A stretch of 64,000 nucleotides of DNA, taken from assembly GCA_963812605.1 (NCBI GenBank), contig CAWEWF010000014.1, positions 128,001 to 192,000 of the forward strand, given 5' to 3'. The notes under the pieces are model-generated. The model was not told where the DNA came from. It saw only the letters and a list, made by a program, of their open reading frames with translations, and ran no database searches. This document shows, one piece after another, positions 43,554 to 52,127 of this stretch. This DNA is from an uncultured Verrucomicrobiae bacterium. Its GTDB lineage: Bacteria; Verrucomicrobiota; Verrucomicrobiia; Palsa-1439. Positions within the stretch are counted from its first letter, which is position 1; every line of letters starts with the position of its first letter. Both the position numbers and the translations under genes were made by a program.

Positions 43554-43600
43554 GAATGATCCTTCTGATTAAACGATTCGGGATTTCAAAGTTGAGACGT

Positions 43601-44788
43601 TCAAAGTTTACAGTTGTAAGACTCCTCGATAAGCGGCTTGAGGCTGTTCTCGCGGAGCTTGATGATCTTGATCTCCCGCTGCGCATTCTCGGCCGAATCG
43701 CTGGCGTGCGCGGCGTTAATCATAATGTCCTGGCCCAATTCACGGCGGATGGTGCCCGGCGGCGCCTTGCGCGGATCCGTGGGGCCGAGGACGCCGCGAA
43801 TCTTGGAAACCGCATCCGGCCCTTCATAGACCACCGCCAGGATCTTCTCCACTCCGGGTTGTAATTTGGCGAGGCCCGAGCAGTCTTCCGGTCGGCGGCC
43901 CGTCATGAACTGCACGATCTGGCTGAACTGCTCATCCGCGAAGAGTGGGCCCATGACTTCGCCCAGCGCCTTCTCGGTCTGCGGATTGAGTCCAAAACCG
44001 AACTCCTTCTCCAGGGCCAGGCGCGAGCGCTGGCCCGTGATGTCCTTGAGTCTTTCACGCAGCACCGACCGGACGGGTCCGTAGAACTCTTCCGCTTCGC
44101 CCACGCTCATGCGATGGACCTGAATGGCGATGATGTAGAGGCCCGTGCGCGAAAGCATGTCGACGATATTGCCCGGGCGCGCGCTCGGGAAGCGGAAGTT
44201 GTCCGGCTTCAGCAGCACGAGCGTTTGTTCGACTTTCGCGTTCTTGGGATAAGAGACGACATTCTCGAGGAAGCCGCCGTCGCTTTCCGAGTACTTGCCC
44301 CACAATTTGAGTTTGATCTCGGCTTCCTCGGAGTTTGGCGCGGCCAAGACCGCCGGCTCAAAGTATTTCACCTGACCGTCCGGGTTGACGATGTAATCGC
44401 CGTAGGTATCACGGATGGTTTCACCCGCAGTGCCCTTGTCCGACTGAAAACTGCCGACGACCTGCCGCACTTTGGCCACGGCGTCCTCGCCGCGGAACAA
44501 GAGCATCATTACGCGGCGGCGCTGGCCCGTCTTCGGATCGGGCGAATAATTGTCGAGGATGTACTGGCGGATGAGTTCCTGGATCTTGCGGTCCTGCGGG
44601 TCTTTGGGGGAGACAGTGACCTCCGCGTAGCGCTCGACGAGTTCGCTACTGGGGGCAAACATGCGCGCCGCCACCAACTCCAGCGCAGTTCGCGTGAACA
44701 GGCGGGCAATCACGCCGCCCGTGCGCGATTTGTGAACCGTGTATGGGTTGATCAAAACGTAAGCCAATTCTTCTTTTTTCGCGCTCAT
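43601..44788 (-). CDS. ndk: Two-domain nucleoside-diphosphate kinase
   Basis: C-domain TLVLLKPD...GPTDPRKAPPGTIRRELG..NAAHASDS; N-domain is NDK-like but lacks the catalytic His motif. Confidence 0.85.
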   Translation of the reverse strand: MSAKKEELAYVLINPYTVHKSRTGGVIARLFTRTALELVAARMFAPSSELVERYAEVTVSPKDPQDRKIQELIRQYILDNYSPDPKTGQRRRVMMLLFRGEDAVAKVRQVVGSFQSDKGTAGETIRDTYGDYIVNPDGQVKYFEPAVLAAPNSEEAEIKLKLWGKYSESDGGFLENVVSYPKNAKVEQTLVLLKPDNFRFPSARPGNIVDMLSRTGLYIIAIQVHRMSVGEAEEFYGPVRSVLRERLKDITGQRSRLALEKEFGFGLNPQTEKALGEVMGPLFADEQFSQIVQFMTGRRPEDCSGLAKLQPGVEKILAVVYEGPDAVSKIRGVLGPTDPRKAPPGTIRRELGQDIMINAAHASDSAENAQREIKIIKLRENSLKPLIEESYNCKL

Positions 44789-44928
44789 TTTTTAATAACG
44801 TGAGACTACCATCCCGTGACCGCCACCATCCTAATCTTAATAAAAACAAACCACCCCCGCAAGCCCGTCAGCCAGCGAGGGACTCAACTCATTTTAAGGC
44901 GTAACGGCCCGGTCGGGCCGGACTGCGC

Positions 44929-45078
44929 CTACTTCTTGCCGCCCATAATACGGTACAGTTTTGTCCCGCAATCGGGACAAACTCCCTGCATGGCAGGACG
45001 TCCGTTTTTCATGGTGACTTCCTGCGCCTTTGCCATTTCCTTCTTTGCCTTGCACTTTACACAATAAGCTTCAGCCAT
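44929..45078 (-). CDS. 49-aa DUF5679-like zinc-ribbon protein (not in the ORF track)
   Basis: MAEAYCVKCKAKKEMAKAQEVTMKNGRPAMQGVCPDCGTKLYRIMGGKK*; two CxxC; strong AAGGGAGG RBS. Confidence 0.88.
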   Translation of the reverse strand: MAEAYCVKCKAKKEMAKAQEVTMKNGRPAMQGVCPDCGTKLYRIMGGKK

Positions 45079-45264
45079 GGCATTCACCTCCCTTGGGTCC
45101 GAATTTGACTCGGAAAACTGGGCGGCATCTTACCGGCAGCGCCCGGCAAGCGTCAAGGGGCAAAACTGCGACAAAAATTCGCGGCCAAAGCACGAAGCAT
45201 GGTTGTGTTTTTGGCCGGGCTGTGGTACTATTCCTATCCGTTGGGCGTCCAATAAACACAGGGA

Positions 45265-46110
45265 ATGGAGACTACACTGACGAGCCAGCGAATTCACGTC
45301 GGGGCCTTGATTGCGCGCCGGTTCCTGCCGTTCGCGTTCGGGCTAATGCTTGCCCTTGCAACGGCTTGCGACCATTCCGCTCCCCTCACGGATGCTACAG
45401 CCGAGCAAGAGGTCAACTACCTGCGCGCCAAGAAGCTTAACGAACAGCAAGACTTTCAGGCCGCCGCGGAGTTTTATAAGAAGTCGCTCTCGGTGAACCC
45501 GGACTTTGCCAGGGCTCACTTGGAGTTGGGGTTGCTGTGTGACGAGAAACTGGGTGACCCGATCGCGGCGATTTACCATTATCGCCGTTATTTGGAGTTG
45601 CGGCCTGATTCCGAGAAGAGGCAATTGGTCGAGGATTTCATCGAACGCGCCCGATTATCACTGGCGGCCAAGTTGCCGCAGTCGCCGGCTGTCGACCCGG
45701 GCGAATTGGCGCGATTGCAGAACGACAAGACGGCGCTCTTGCAAGAGAATGCGACGCTCCGCTCCCGTGTCGCTGAATTGGAGAAGGCGGCAACGGCAGC
45801 CACAACCGCCGAGACGCCGGCCGCAACGGTTGTTTCGGCGCCGGTGCCCGCCAGTGTGGCGATAACGAGTCCGGTGCCGGCACCGGCGGTCGTTATGGCG
45901 GCAGCGCCGGTACCCGGGTTTGGCGAGCCGTCGCCCGCGGAACCATCGCGGATGCATACGTATCTCGTGCAAAAGGGGGATACGTTGCAGTCGTTAGCGT
46001 TGCGCTATTACGGCACGCGGTCAGCCTGGGAGAAGATTTACCAGGCAAATCGGAGCGGCCTGCCGAGCAAGGACCAGTTAAAGGTGGGGCAGCAGTTGGT
46101 GATTCCGTAG
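45265..46110 (+). CDS. TPR-coiled-coil-LysM lipoprotein
   Basis: Lipobox-like LALATAC; TPR AHLELGLL...AIYHYRRYL; C-terminal LysM YLVQKGDTLQSLALRYYG...LKVGQQLVIP. Confidence 0.88.
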   Translation: METTLTSQRIHVGALIARRFLPFAFGLMLALATACDHSAPLTDATAEQEVNYLRAKKLNEQQDFQAAAEFYKKSLSVNPDFARAHLELGLLCDEKLGDPIAAIYHYRRYLELRPDSEKRQLVEDFIERARLSLAAKLPQSPAVDPGELARLQNDKTALLQENATLRSRVAELEKAATAATTAETPAATVVSAPVPASVAITSPVPAPAVVMAAAPVPGFGEPSPAEPSRMHTYLVQKGDTLQSLALRYYGTRSAWEKIYQANRSGLPSKDQLKVGQQLVIP

Positions 46111-46181
46111 TGGGTTGAGCGGACTCGTTCCGACTCGTTCCGAAGCGTCAGAGCGAGGAGTTGGGCAGTGGCGAGACTTGT

Positions 46182-47045
46182 ATGTTGAACAAGGTATTGG
46201 CAGGGTTGGTGGTGGCATTTTGGGTGGCCATGATGGCCGCCCTGGTGCGTGTCGAGATTTTTCCCAAGCCGACAATCCTTGAAACGCTCCCGAATGAACG
46301 CGTCTTGAAGAAGATATTTGCCAACCCCGATCCTGTTCGTCTGGACGTGTACTATCACAAGGTTGCCGTTGGGTTTTGCGCGATTAGCATTCAGCCACAA
46401 GTAAATGACAGGACGGGGGAGCAATTGCAACCGGGGCAGGAACCAGACGGCTACGAAGTCACCACCGACTTGAAGATAAACCTCTCCATGTTCGGGACGC
46501 AAACAAGGCTTTATCTCAGTGGCAAGAGCGAGTTTAACCCGAAATTGGAATTGGATGGCTTTGATATCGTGACGATTGCCGGTGACAGTCGCGCCAGTAT
46601 CACCGGAAACGACATCACCAAGAAGGTAAAAGTGATTTTTAGCTATGACGGCATGCATGATGAGCGCACCATCGACTTCGACCAGATCAAAAGTGCCGGC
46701 TTTGCCAGCGCCTTCGGCATGCCGGGGCTGGGGAGTTTGGGCTTTCTCGGCGGCGGAATGCCCGGTTCACTCGGGGTGTCATCGGGCAGCGGCCAGCCGG
46801 CAACGCGACCGGTGACGATTACATATTTCGACCGCCTGGAGATCGCGGGCGATTCACAACGGGTTTACCTGATCGACTCGAAGATCGATGACCAGATGTG
46901 GACCAAGATGTGGGTCGATGATTCCGGACAGGTGCTAAAGGTGACCACGTCACTCGGGCTGGAGATGCTTAGTTCTGGACTGGCGGACGGGACGGATTAT
47001 CTGCCGCAGCGACCGCTGCATCGGTTGCGCCAACGAGCGGAGTAA
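46182..47045 (+). CDS. Hypothetical membrane-anchored periplasmic protein
   Basis: N-terminal TM LVVAFWVAMMAALVR; beta-rich remainder; operonic with the ABC genes. Confidence 0.75.
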   Translation: MLNKVLAGLVVAFWVAMMAALVRVEIFPKPTILETLPNERVLKKIFANPDPVRLDVYYHKVAVGFCAISIQPQVNDRTGEQLQPGQEPDGYEVTTDLKINLSMFGTQTRLYLSGKSEFNPKLELDGFDIVTIAGDSRASITGNDITKKVKVIFSYDGMHDERTIDFDQIKSAGFASAFGMPGLGSLGFLGGGMPGSLGVSSGSGQPATRPVTITYFDRLEIAGDSQRVYLIDSKIDDQMWTKMWVDDSGQVLKVTTSLGLEMLSSGLADGTDYLPQRPLHRLRQRAE

Positions 47046-47049
47046 ACCG

Positions 47050-47793
47050 ATGATTCTGACAGAACACCTGACGAAAAGATACGGCGGCCTGGTGGCGGTC
47101 AACGACCTGAACCTGGACATTCCGCAGGGGCAATTTTTCGCCTTCCTGGGGCCCAACGGAGCGGGTAAGACAACCACGATCAAACTGCTCGCCGGATTGT
47201 TGAAGCCCGCGTCCGGCCGCGCGCTGATTGGCGGTCACGATATCCAGAAGAACCCCGTTGAAGCGCGCAAAGTCCTTAGTTACGTGCCCGACATGCCCTT
47301 CCTGTACGACAAACTCGAGCCCATGGAGTTCATGCTCTTCGTGGGTCAGTTGTATGGGATGGATCGAGCCGGGGTGGTGCGCGCGAGCGACGAACTGTTC
47401 GACGTGTTTGGCCTGGACGAAACGCGCCGGCAAATGATTGAGAATCTTTCGCATGGCACGCGGCAACGGCTCGTGATCGCCTCCGCCTTGCTGCACCAAC
47501 CGAAGGTGATCATCATTGACGAGCCGATGGTCGGGCTCGACCCGCGTAGCGCCCGTGTGGTGAAAAACGTGCTCAAGGAACGTTCACGCGAGGGCGTGAC
47601 GGTGTTTCTCTCGACGCACGTCCTCCACATCGCCGAAGAATTGGCGGACCAGGTGGGCATCCTGAACCGCGGCAAGCTGATTGCGGTCGGCACGATCGAC
47701 GAGCTGCGTGAGGTGAGCGGCGAGAAGGGCGAATTGGAAGATGCGTTCCTCGCGCTGACGCGCGGGGAGGAGGCCGCGCCCCAGTTGCCATGA
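47050..47793 (+). CDS. ABC transporter ATP-binding protein
   Basis: GPNGAGKTT, LSHGTRQR, IIIDEP, STH. Confidence 0.95.
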   Translation: MILTEHLTKRYGGLVAVNDLNLDIPQGQFFAFLGPNGAGKTTTIKLLAGLLKPASGRALIGGHDIQKNPVEARKVLSYVPDMPFLYDKLEPMEFMLFVGQLYGMDRAGVVRASDELFDVFGLDETRRQMIENLSHGTRQRLVIASALLHQPKVIIIDEPMVGLDPRSARVVKNVLKERSREGVTVFLSTHVLHIAEELADQVGILNRGKLIAVGTIDELREVSGEKGELEDAFLALTRGEEAAPQLP

Positions 47794-49532
47794 ACGCGCT
47801 GCAATTCTTTCGTTTGTTGGCCGGCGTAAATGCCCGCATTTTGCGCCGCAATATTCTCGCGGTCCGCGAGAAATCGTTCCTGATGGTTTCCGTGATCACG
47901 CTGTTTGTAGTCGGCTACTGGTTTGCGGGTTATTCGGTGTTCTTCACGGGGTTTCGTCGGCTGGCGGACGTACCAGGATTGCAGATGATCCTGGTGGACC
48001 GGATGTTGTACCTGTTCTTTGCCTTCCTGTTTCTGATGTTGATGTTCTCCAACATGATCATCGGCTACTCGACGCTCTTCAAGAGCCAGGAGACACAGTG
48101 GATGCTTACGTTGCCGGTGCGCAGTCTCGATGTGTTTCGGTGGAAACTGATGGAGACCACCCTCCTGGCGAGCTGGGCATTCCTGTTTTTGTCAGCTCCC
48201 CTGATGGCGGCTTATGGAAACGCGCGGCACGTGTCGATGGGCTTTTATTTGAAGGTGTTCCTCTTGTTCATACCCTTCACCGTGATCCCGGCGGCCATCG
48301 GTTCCATTGCGATCCTGATTGTCACACGGTACTTGCACCGGCATATTTTCAAGTGGGCGCTTTTCGGCGTAAGCGCCGTCGGCATCATCTGCGCGATCCT
48401 CTTTTTGAAACCGATGCAGGCGGAAGACCTGGAAAAGGCGCAGATCGTCGCGGCATTGCACCAGTTGCTCCACACCAGTCGTGTGACGGTGCAGCCAATT
48501 CTGCCGAGTTACTGGGTCGCCTCGAGTATGATCGCGTGGGGCGATGGATGGTCGGGGAGGGGAATTTTCTTCTTTCTGGTTCTCTTGAGCAACGCCATGA
48601 TGGCGACGCTGGTGAGCGTCACTGTCAGCCGTCATTTATACTACGAAGGTTGGTCTCGCAATCACAGCCAGGGTCACTTCCAACTCGGCGTCCCGCTTCT
48701 GGACGCCCCGATCCCCTTGCCGCACATGGCACTTGTCGAGCGTCTCGTGAACTTATGGCCGCGCATGCACCACGCCACGCGCGCCCTTGTGATCAAAGAC
48801 ATTCGGGTCTTCTGGCGTGACACGTCACAGTGGAGCCAGTTCGTCATCTTCTTTGGCCTGCTGGGCTTGTACGTGCTCAATCTCCGCAGCGTGGCCTACG
48901 ACCGGAGCACCGAACTCTGGGCGACCTTTGTTTCCTTCCTCAACCTCGGGGCTTCGAGCATGACGCTGGCGACGCTTACGACACGCTTCGTGTTTCCCCA
49001 GTTCAGCCTTGAGGGAAAACGGCTGTGGATGGTCGGGATGGTTCCTTACGGATTGAAGCGGGTGCTGCTGGAGAAATTCTGGTTGAGCAGTGTCTGCACG
49101 GCGGCCATCACGCTGGTTCTCATGCTCACCTCGAGTTGGATGCTCCGGATCCCAGGCTGGCTGGCGCTGCTGTTCGCCTCCACTGTGGTTGTCATGAGTT
49201 TCGCGCTCTGCGGCATTGCCGTGGGCATTGGCGCTTTGTTCCCGAACTTCAGTTCCGGTTCGACGGCCAACCGACGCGACGACAATCCGGCAAAGATTGT
49301 CTCCGGTTTTGGCGGTACGTTTTGTTTCATCCTCAGTCTTTCCTACATCGTCGTCGTCATTGCCGCCGAAGTGGCGCCCATGTACGCGAGTTTCGCCGTG
49401 AATGGCTTCGGCGAGCGCGGCCAGCCGTGGGGACTCGTGTTTTCCTGGATATTCGTCGCGCTTCTCAGCCTCGCCACCGCCAGTATTCCCATGTCCCTGG
49501 CCTTGAAAAAGGTCGAGTCACTCGAAATCTGA
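47790..49532 (+). CDS. Putative ABC transporter permease (large ABC-2-like, about 12-14 TM)
   Basis: Many TMs; LVIKDIRVFWRDTSQWSQ, RFVFPQFSLEG; ATGA overlap with the ATPase. Confidence 0.85.
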   Translation: MNALQFFRLLAGVNARILRRNILAVREKSFLMVSVITLFVVGYWFAGYSVFFTGFRRLADVPGLQMILVDRMLYLFFAFLFLMLMFSNMIIGYSTLFKSQETQWMLTLPVRSLDVFRWKLMETTLLASWAFLFLSAPLMAAYGNARHVSMGFYLKVFLLFIPFTVIPAAIGSIAILIVTRYLHRHIFKWALFGVSAVGIICAILFLKPMQAEDLEKAQIVAALHQLLHTSRVTVQPILPSYWVASSMIAWGDGWSGRGIFFFLVLLSNAMMATLVSVTVSRHLYYEGWSRNHSQGHFQLGVPLLDAPIPLPHMALVERLVNLWPRMHHATRALVIKDIRVFWRDTSQWSQFVIFFGLLGLYVLNLRSVAYDRSTELWATFVSFLNLGASSMTLATLTTRFVFPQFSLEGKRLWMVGMVPYGLKRVLLEKFWLSSVCTAAITLVLMLTSSWMLRIPGWLALLFASTVVVMSFALCGIAVGIGALFPNFSSGSTANRRDDNPAKIVSGFGGTFCFILSLSYIVVVIAAEVAPMYASFAVNGFGERGQPWGLVFSWIFVALLSLATASIPMSLALKKVESLEI

Positions 49533-49635
49533 CCGCGCTTTGCGGCGGATATCAACATTTTGGCATCCTTGCCACGAACACTCTTTACTTTTTCTCTCGT
49601 CCTGCTATTGTCCCACCAACAAGGAGGATGTTTGC

Positions 49636-50277
49636 ATGAAACAAGGGGGGAGTGGCACCGCCACTATTTTGCCCGAATCCAATATCGGGCCGACGCTTTC
49701 CGTCGTCGAGTTGCCGCAATACCGCGAGGAGGTCGATTCCAAACTCGACCAGGCCCGCGAACATTTGCTCGCGTTGCGCCGCCAACAGGAAGAACTCGAA
49801 CGCCAGAAGGGCGAACTCGAGGAGTTGCGCCGCAAGCAGGAGGAGTACAGCCGCGGTCGCGCCGAGATCACCGATAATCTCGCCCGCGGCCTGCTGGTGC
49901 TCGAACGCCAGCAGAATGAATCCCAGCGGCTTGCCGAACTTTCGGGGACGACCATCGCCGCCTTCCGTGATTACGCGGAACAGATTCAACAAATCAACGA
50001 TGGGGACTGGAATAGCGGCAACGTCCGCTCCGAGTTGAGCCGGGCGCTCGGCGTCCTTGAAGCCGCACGCCTCGAATACAACCGTGCCCGCACGAAGCTC
50101 GATTGCCTCAATCCGGCAGCCGGCCAAGACAACGAGGCCCACCCGTCGGGGACAACGAGGAAGCCGGTCAGTAAGAGTGAAATCATCCGTTACGCCTGCC
50201 TCGGCGCCGCTGCTTCGGCGCCACTGATACTGGCGGGCACGATTTGGCTGATTGCGCTGCTCACCGTGAAACATTAA
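49636..50277 (+). CDS. Hypothetical coiled-coil protein with a C-terminal TM
   Basis: AAGGAGG RBS; heptads LRRQQEELERQKGELEELRRKQEE; hydrophobic tail. Confidence 0.8.
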   Translation: MKQGGSGTATILPESNIGPTLSVVELPQYREEVDSKLDQAREHLLALRRQQEELERQKGELEELRRKQEEYSRGRAEITDNLARGLLVLERQQNESQRLAELSGTTIAAFRDYAEQIQQINDGDWNSGNVRSELSRALGVLEAARLEYNRARTKLDCLNPAAGQDNEAHPSGTTRKPVSKSEIIRYACLGAAASAPLILAGTIWLIALLTVKH

Positions 50278-50290
50278 GCAAAGAACGGCC

Positions 50291-50851
50291 ATGCCATTGT
50301 GCTGGAAACAACCCGACCCCATTGACCGTGCGATTGGCGATCTGGATCAGCAGATTGCGACTGTGCAGCGCCAGATGCGTGAATTCACCAGCGGTTCCGC
50401 GCGCGGGGACGGCATTCGCCGAACGGGTGCGACTGCGCGAGGGCGGGCATCGGCGCCAGCAGGGACTTTCCTGAGGTTTGTCAAAGGTATGTTGGGATCG
50501 ACGAAGCGCGAGATGGATGCCACCGAACGCACGCGTCAGGACCTGTTCGATGTCAACGCGGAGCCATTGAAGGAACTCGAAGCGGAACCAATTGCTTTCG
50601 CGAAAAAGCCCGAACCCGATCTCTTCGCGCACCCCGCTGCGCCGGGGAACCATGTGGTTACAGGTACAGCGGCCCTGGAAACCGCCCAAGTGGTGCCGCC
50701 GCAGGAAAAGCTCGCGGCCTATCTCGGTGCGGGAAGCATTCGGAGCTATAAGCCCCTCAAGCGGGCGCAGCGCCAAACGCGGAATCGCTTTTTCATGTGG
50801 CTCGGGTTATCCTTCTTTGCGCTATGGATAATCTGGTTCGTGATCCGCTGA
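50291..50851 (+). CDS. Hypothetical protein with an N-terminal coiled coil and a C-terminal TM
   Basis: LAAYLGAGSI...RQTRNRFFMWLGLSFFALWIIWFVIR* tail anchor. Confidence 0.75.
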   Translation: MPLCWKQPDPIDRAIGDLDQQIATVQRQMREFTSGSARGDGIRRTGATARGRASAPAGTFLRFVKGMLGSTKREMDATERTRQDLFDVNAEPLKELEAEPIAFAKKPEPDLFAHPAAPGNHVVTGTAALETAQVVPPQEKLAAYLGAGSIRSYKPLKRAQRQTRNRFFMWLGLSFFALWIIWFVIR

Positions 50852-51306
50852 TCATCCAGACGAAGCTGGGCGCGTTCCGGGTCCAGTTCTCACGCCGCGG
50901 ACTTGCCCGCCTGGAGTTTTGCACTGGCGCTTCTACTGCCCGATCCGGGCAACACCCGCGCGTGAGGTTGCCGTACGATCTCGGGCCTCAGCTTCGGCGC
51001 TACGCCGCCGGCAAACTTGTCCGCTGGAGCGTGCCCCTCGACCTTTCATCGGGCACAGGCTTTCAACAAGAAGTCTGGCGGGTGCTGTTGACGATTCCTC
51101 GCGGCGAGACGCGTTCATATGGTTGGGTCGCAAAAAAGATCGGCAGGCCCCACGCCGCGCGCGCAGTGGGCGCCGCCTGCGGCGCCAATCCGCTTCCCGT
51201 CATTGTCCCCTGCCATCGCGTCATCGCCGGCGACGGCTCGATCGGGGGCTTTGGCGGCGGCTTGTCAATGAAACGGCGATTGCTCGCGTTGGAGAGGGAT
51301 CACTAG
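50824..51306 (+). CDS. ogt: Methylated-DNA-protein-cysteine S-methyltransferase
   Basis: GTGFQQEVW, IPRGETRSYG, ARAVGAACGANP, PCHRV active site. Confidence 0.93.
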   Translation: MDNLVRDPLIIQTKLGAFRVQFSRRGLARLEFCTGASTARSGQHPRVRLPYDLGPQLRRYAAGKLVRWSVPLDLSSGTGFQQEVWRVLLTIPRGETRSYGWVAKKIGRPHAARAVGAACGANPLPVIVPCHRVIAGDGSIGGFGGGLSMKRRLLALERDH

Positions 51307-52064
51307 TGCCCTATGCCCTCTTGCAGCGTTCGCTGGATCAAACCATCGACCGCGCATCGCTGGAAGACGCGGCGGCTGCCTCGCATAGTATTCCCCGGCC
51401 GGATTGCGCGCGATTGCAGAAGGAATTGTTCGGGATTGTCGTGGACAATCTGGATCACGAGCACGCGCTTGCGCTTCAACAAGAGCTCGCTCGGCGCAAT
51501 TTTCCGACCGAGGTTGTTGACCAGGTGCAACTCTCGGCCCTGAACGAGCCCGCTTCGGGCCAGGAATTTGAAGTCCAGCCGCACGCCTTCGTTGTCGTTA
51601 ATTTATACGGGACGCAGGTTGAGTACCCATGGGAGAAATTTGTGTTTGCTGCCGCTGGATACGTCTTGCGGCTGGCCGACCGGCCTTACCAAACGCATTT
51701 GGAACCGGCCACTGACCCTTTTCGTTCGAGATACCAGAGCGTCGAGGTTGTTGTCGACTACAAGCTCCAAAATGTTCCGCAATTCCGGTTCGATTTGTTC
51801 TTTGATGCCGAACCTTACCGGTGGCAATGGATTTGGGATCGCGAGTCGATGGTACGTGTCAACAAGGAGCCAATCCGCTTGCGGGAGCATGAAAGGTTCG
51901 TCGGTTTACTTCAACAGCTGACCAGTTTTCTCCCGACGGAGCGCCTGAATGGCGGGGTTCGAAAACTCAGCAGCGGAGGTTATTTTGTCTACCCCAGCGT
52001 CCACGCGTTCGAGGAGGAAATCATTTGGTCGTTCTATCAACTAATGCGCGACGCCAACGCGTGA
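51306..52064 (+). CDS. Hypothetical protein
   Basis: GTG start overlaps the ogt stop; MPYALLQRSL...YPSVHAFEEEIIW. Confidence 0.7.
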   Translation: MPYALLQRSLDQTIDRASLEDAAAASHSIPRPDCARLQKELFGIVVDNLDHEHALALQQELARRNFPTEVVDQVQLSALNEPASGQEFEVQPHAFVVVNLYGTQVEYPWEKFVFAAAGYVLRLADRPYQTHLEPATDPFRSRYQSVEVVVDYKLQNVPQFRFDLFFDAEPYRWQWIWDRESMVRVNKEPIRLREHERFVGLLQQLTSFLPTERLNGGVRKLSSGGYFVYPSVHAFEEEIIWSFYQLMRDANA

Positions 52065-52127
52065 ACGTCGTCGGGAGTGGCAAAATATGTTGCCGCCTCC
52101 GGTTGAATCTGCGATAAACCACCGCAC

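Noticed and set aside
43570-43620. Short degenerate heptamer-like repeats (AACTTTG) between ndk and aspC
   Set aside because: Only two exact copies; too weak to call as an element.
46118-46160. GACTCGTTCC tandem duplication with a weak hairpin after the LysM gene
   Set aside because: Two 10-bp copies and an imperfect stem; not distinguishable from chance or a minor slippage event.
553-51306. nth, MPG and ogt as a DNA-repair island
   Set aside because: They are tens of kb apart in unrelated operons; ordinary housekeeping distribution.
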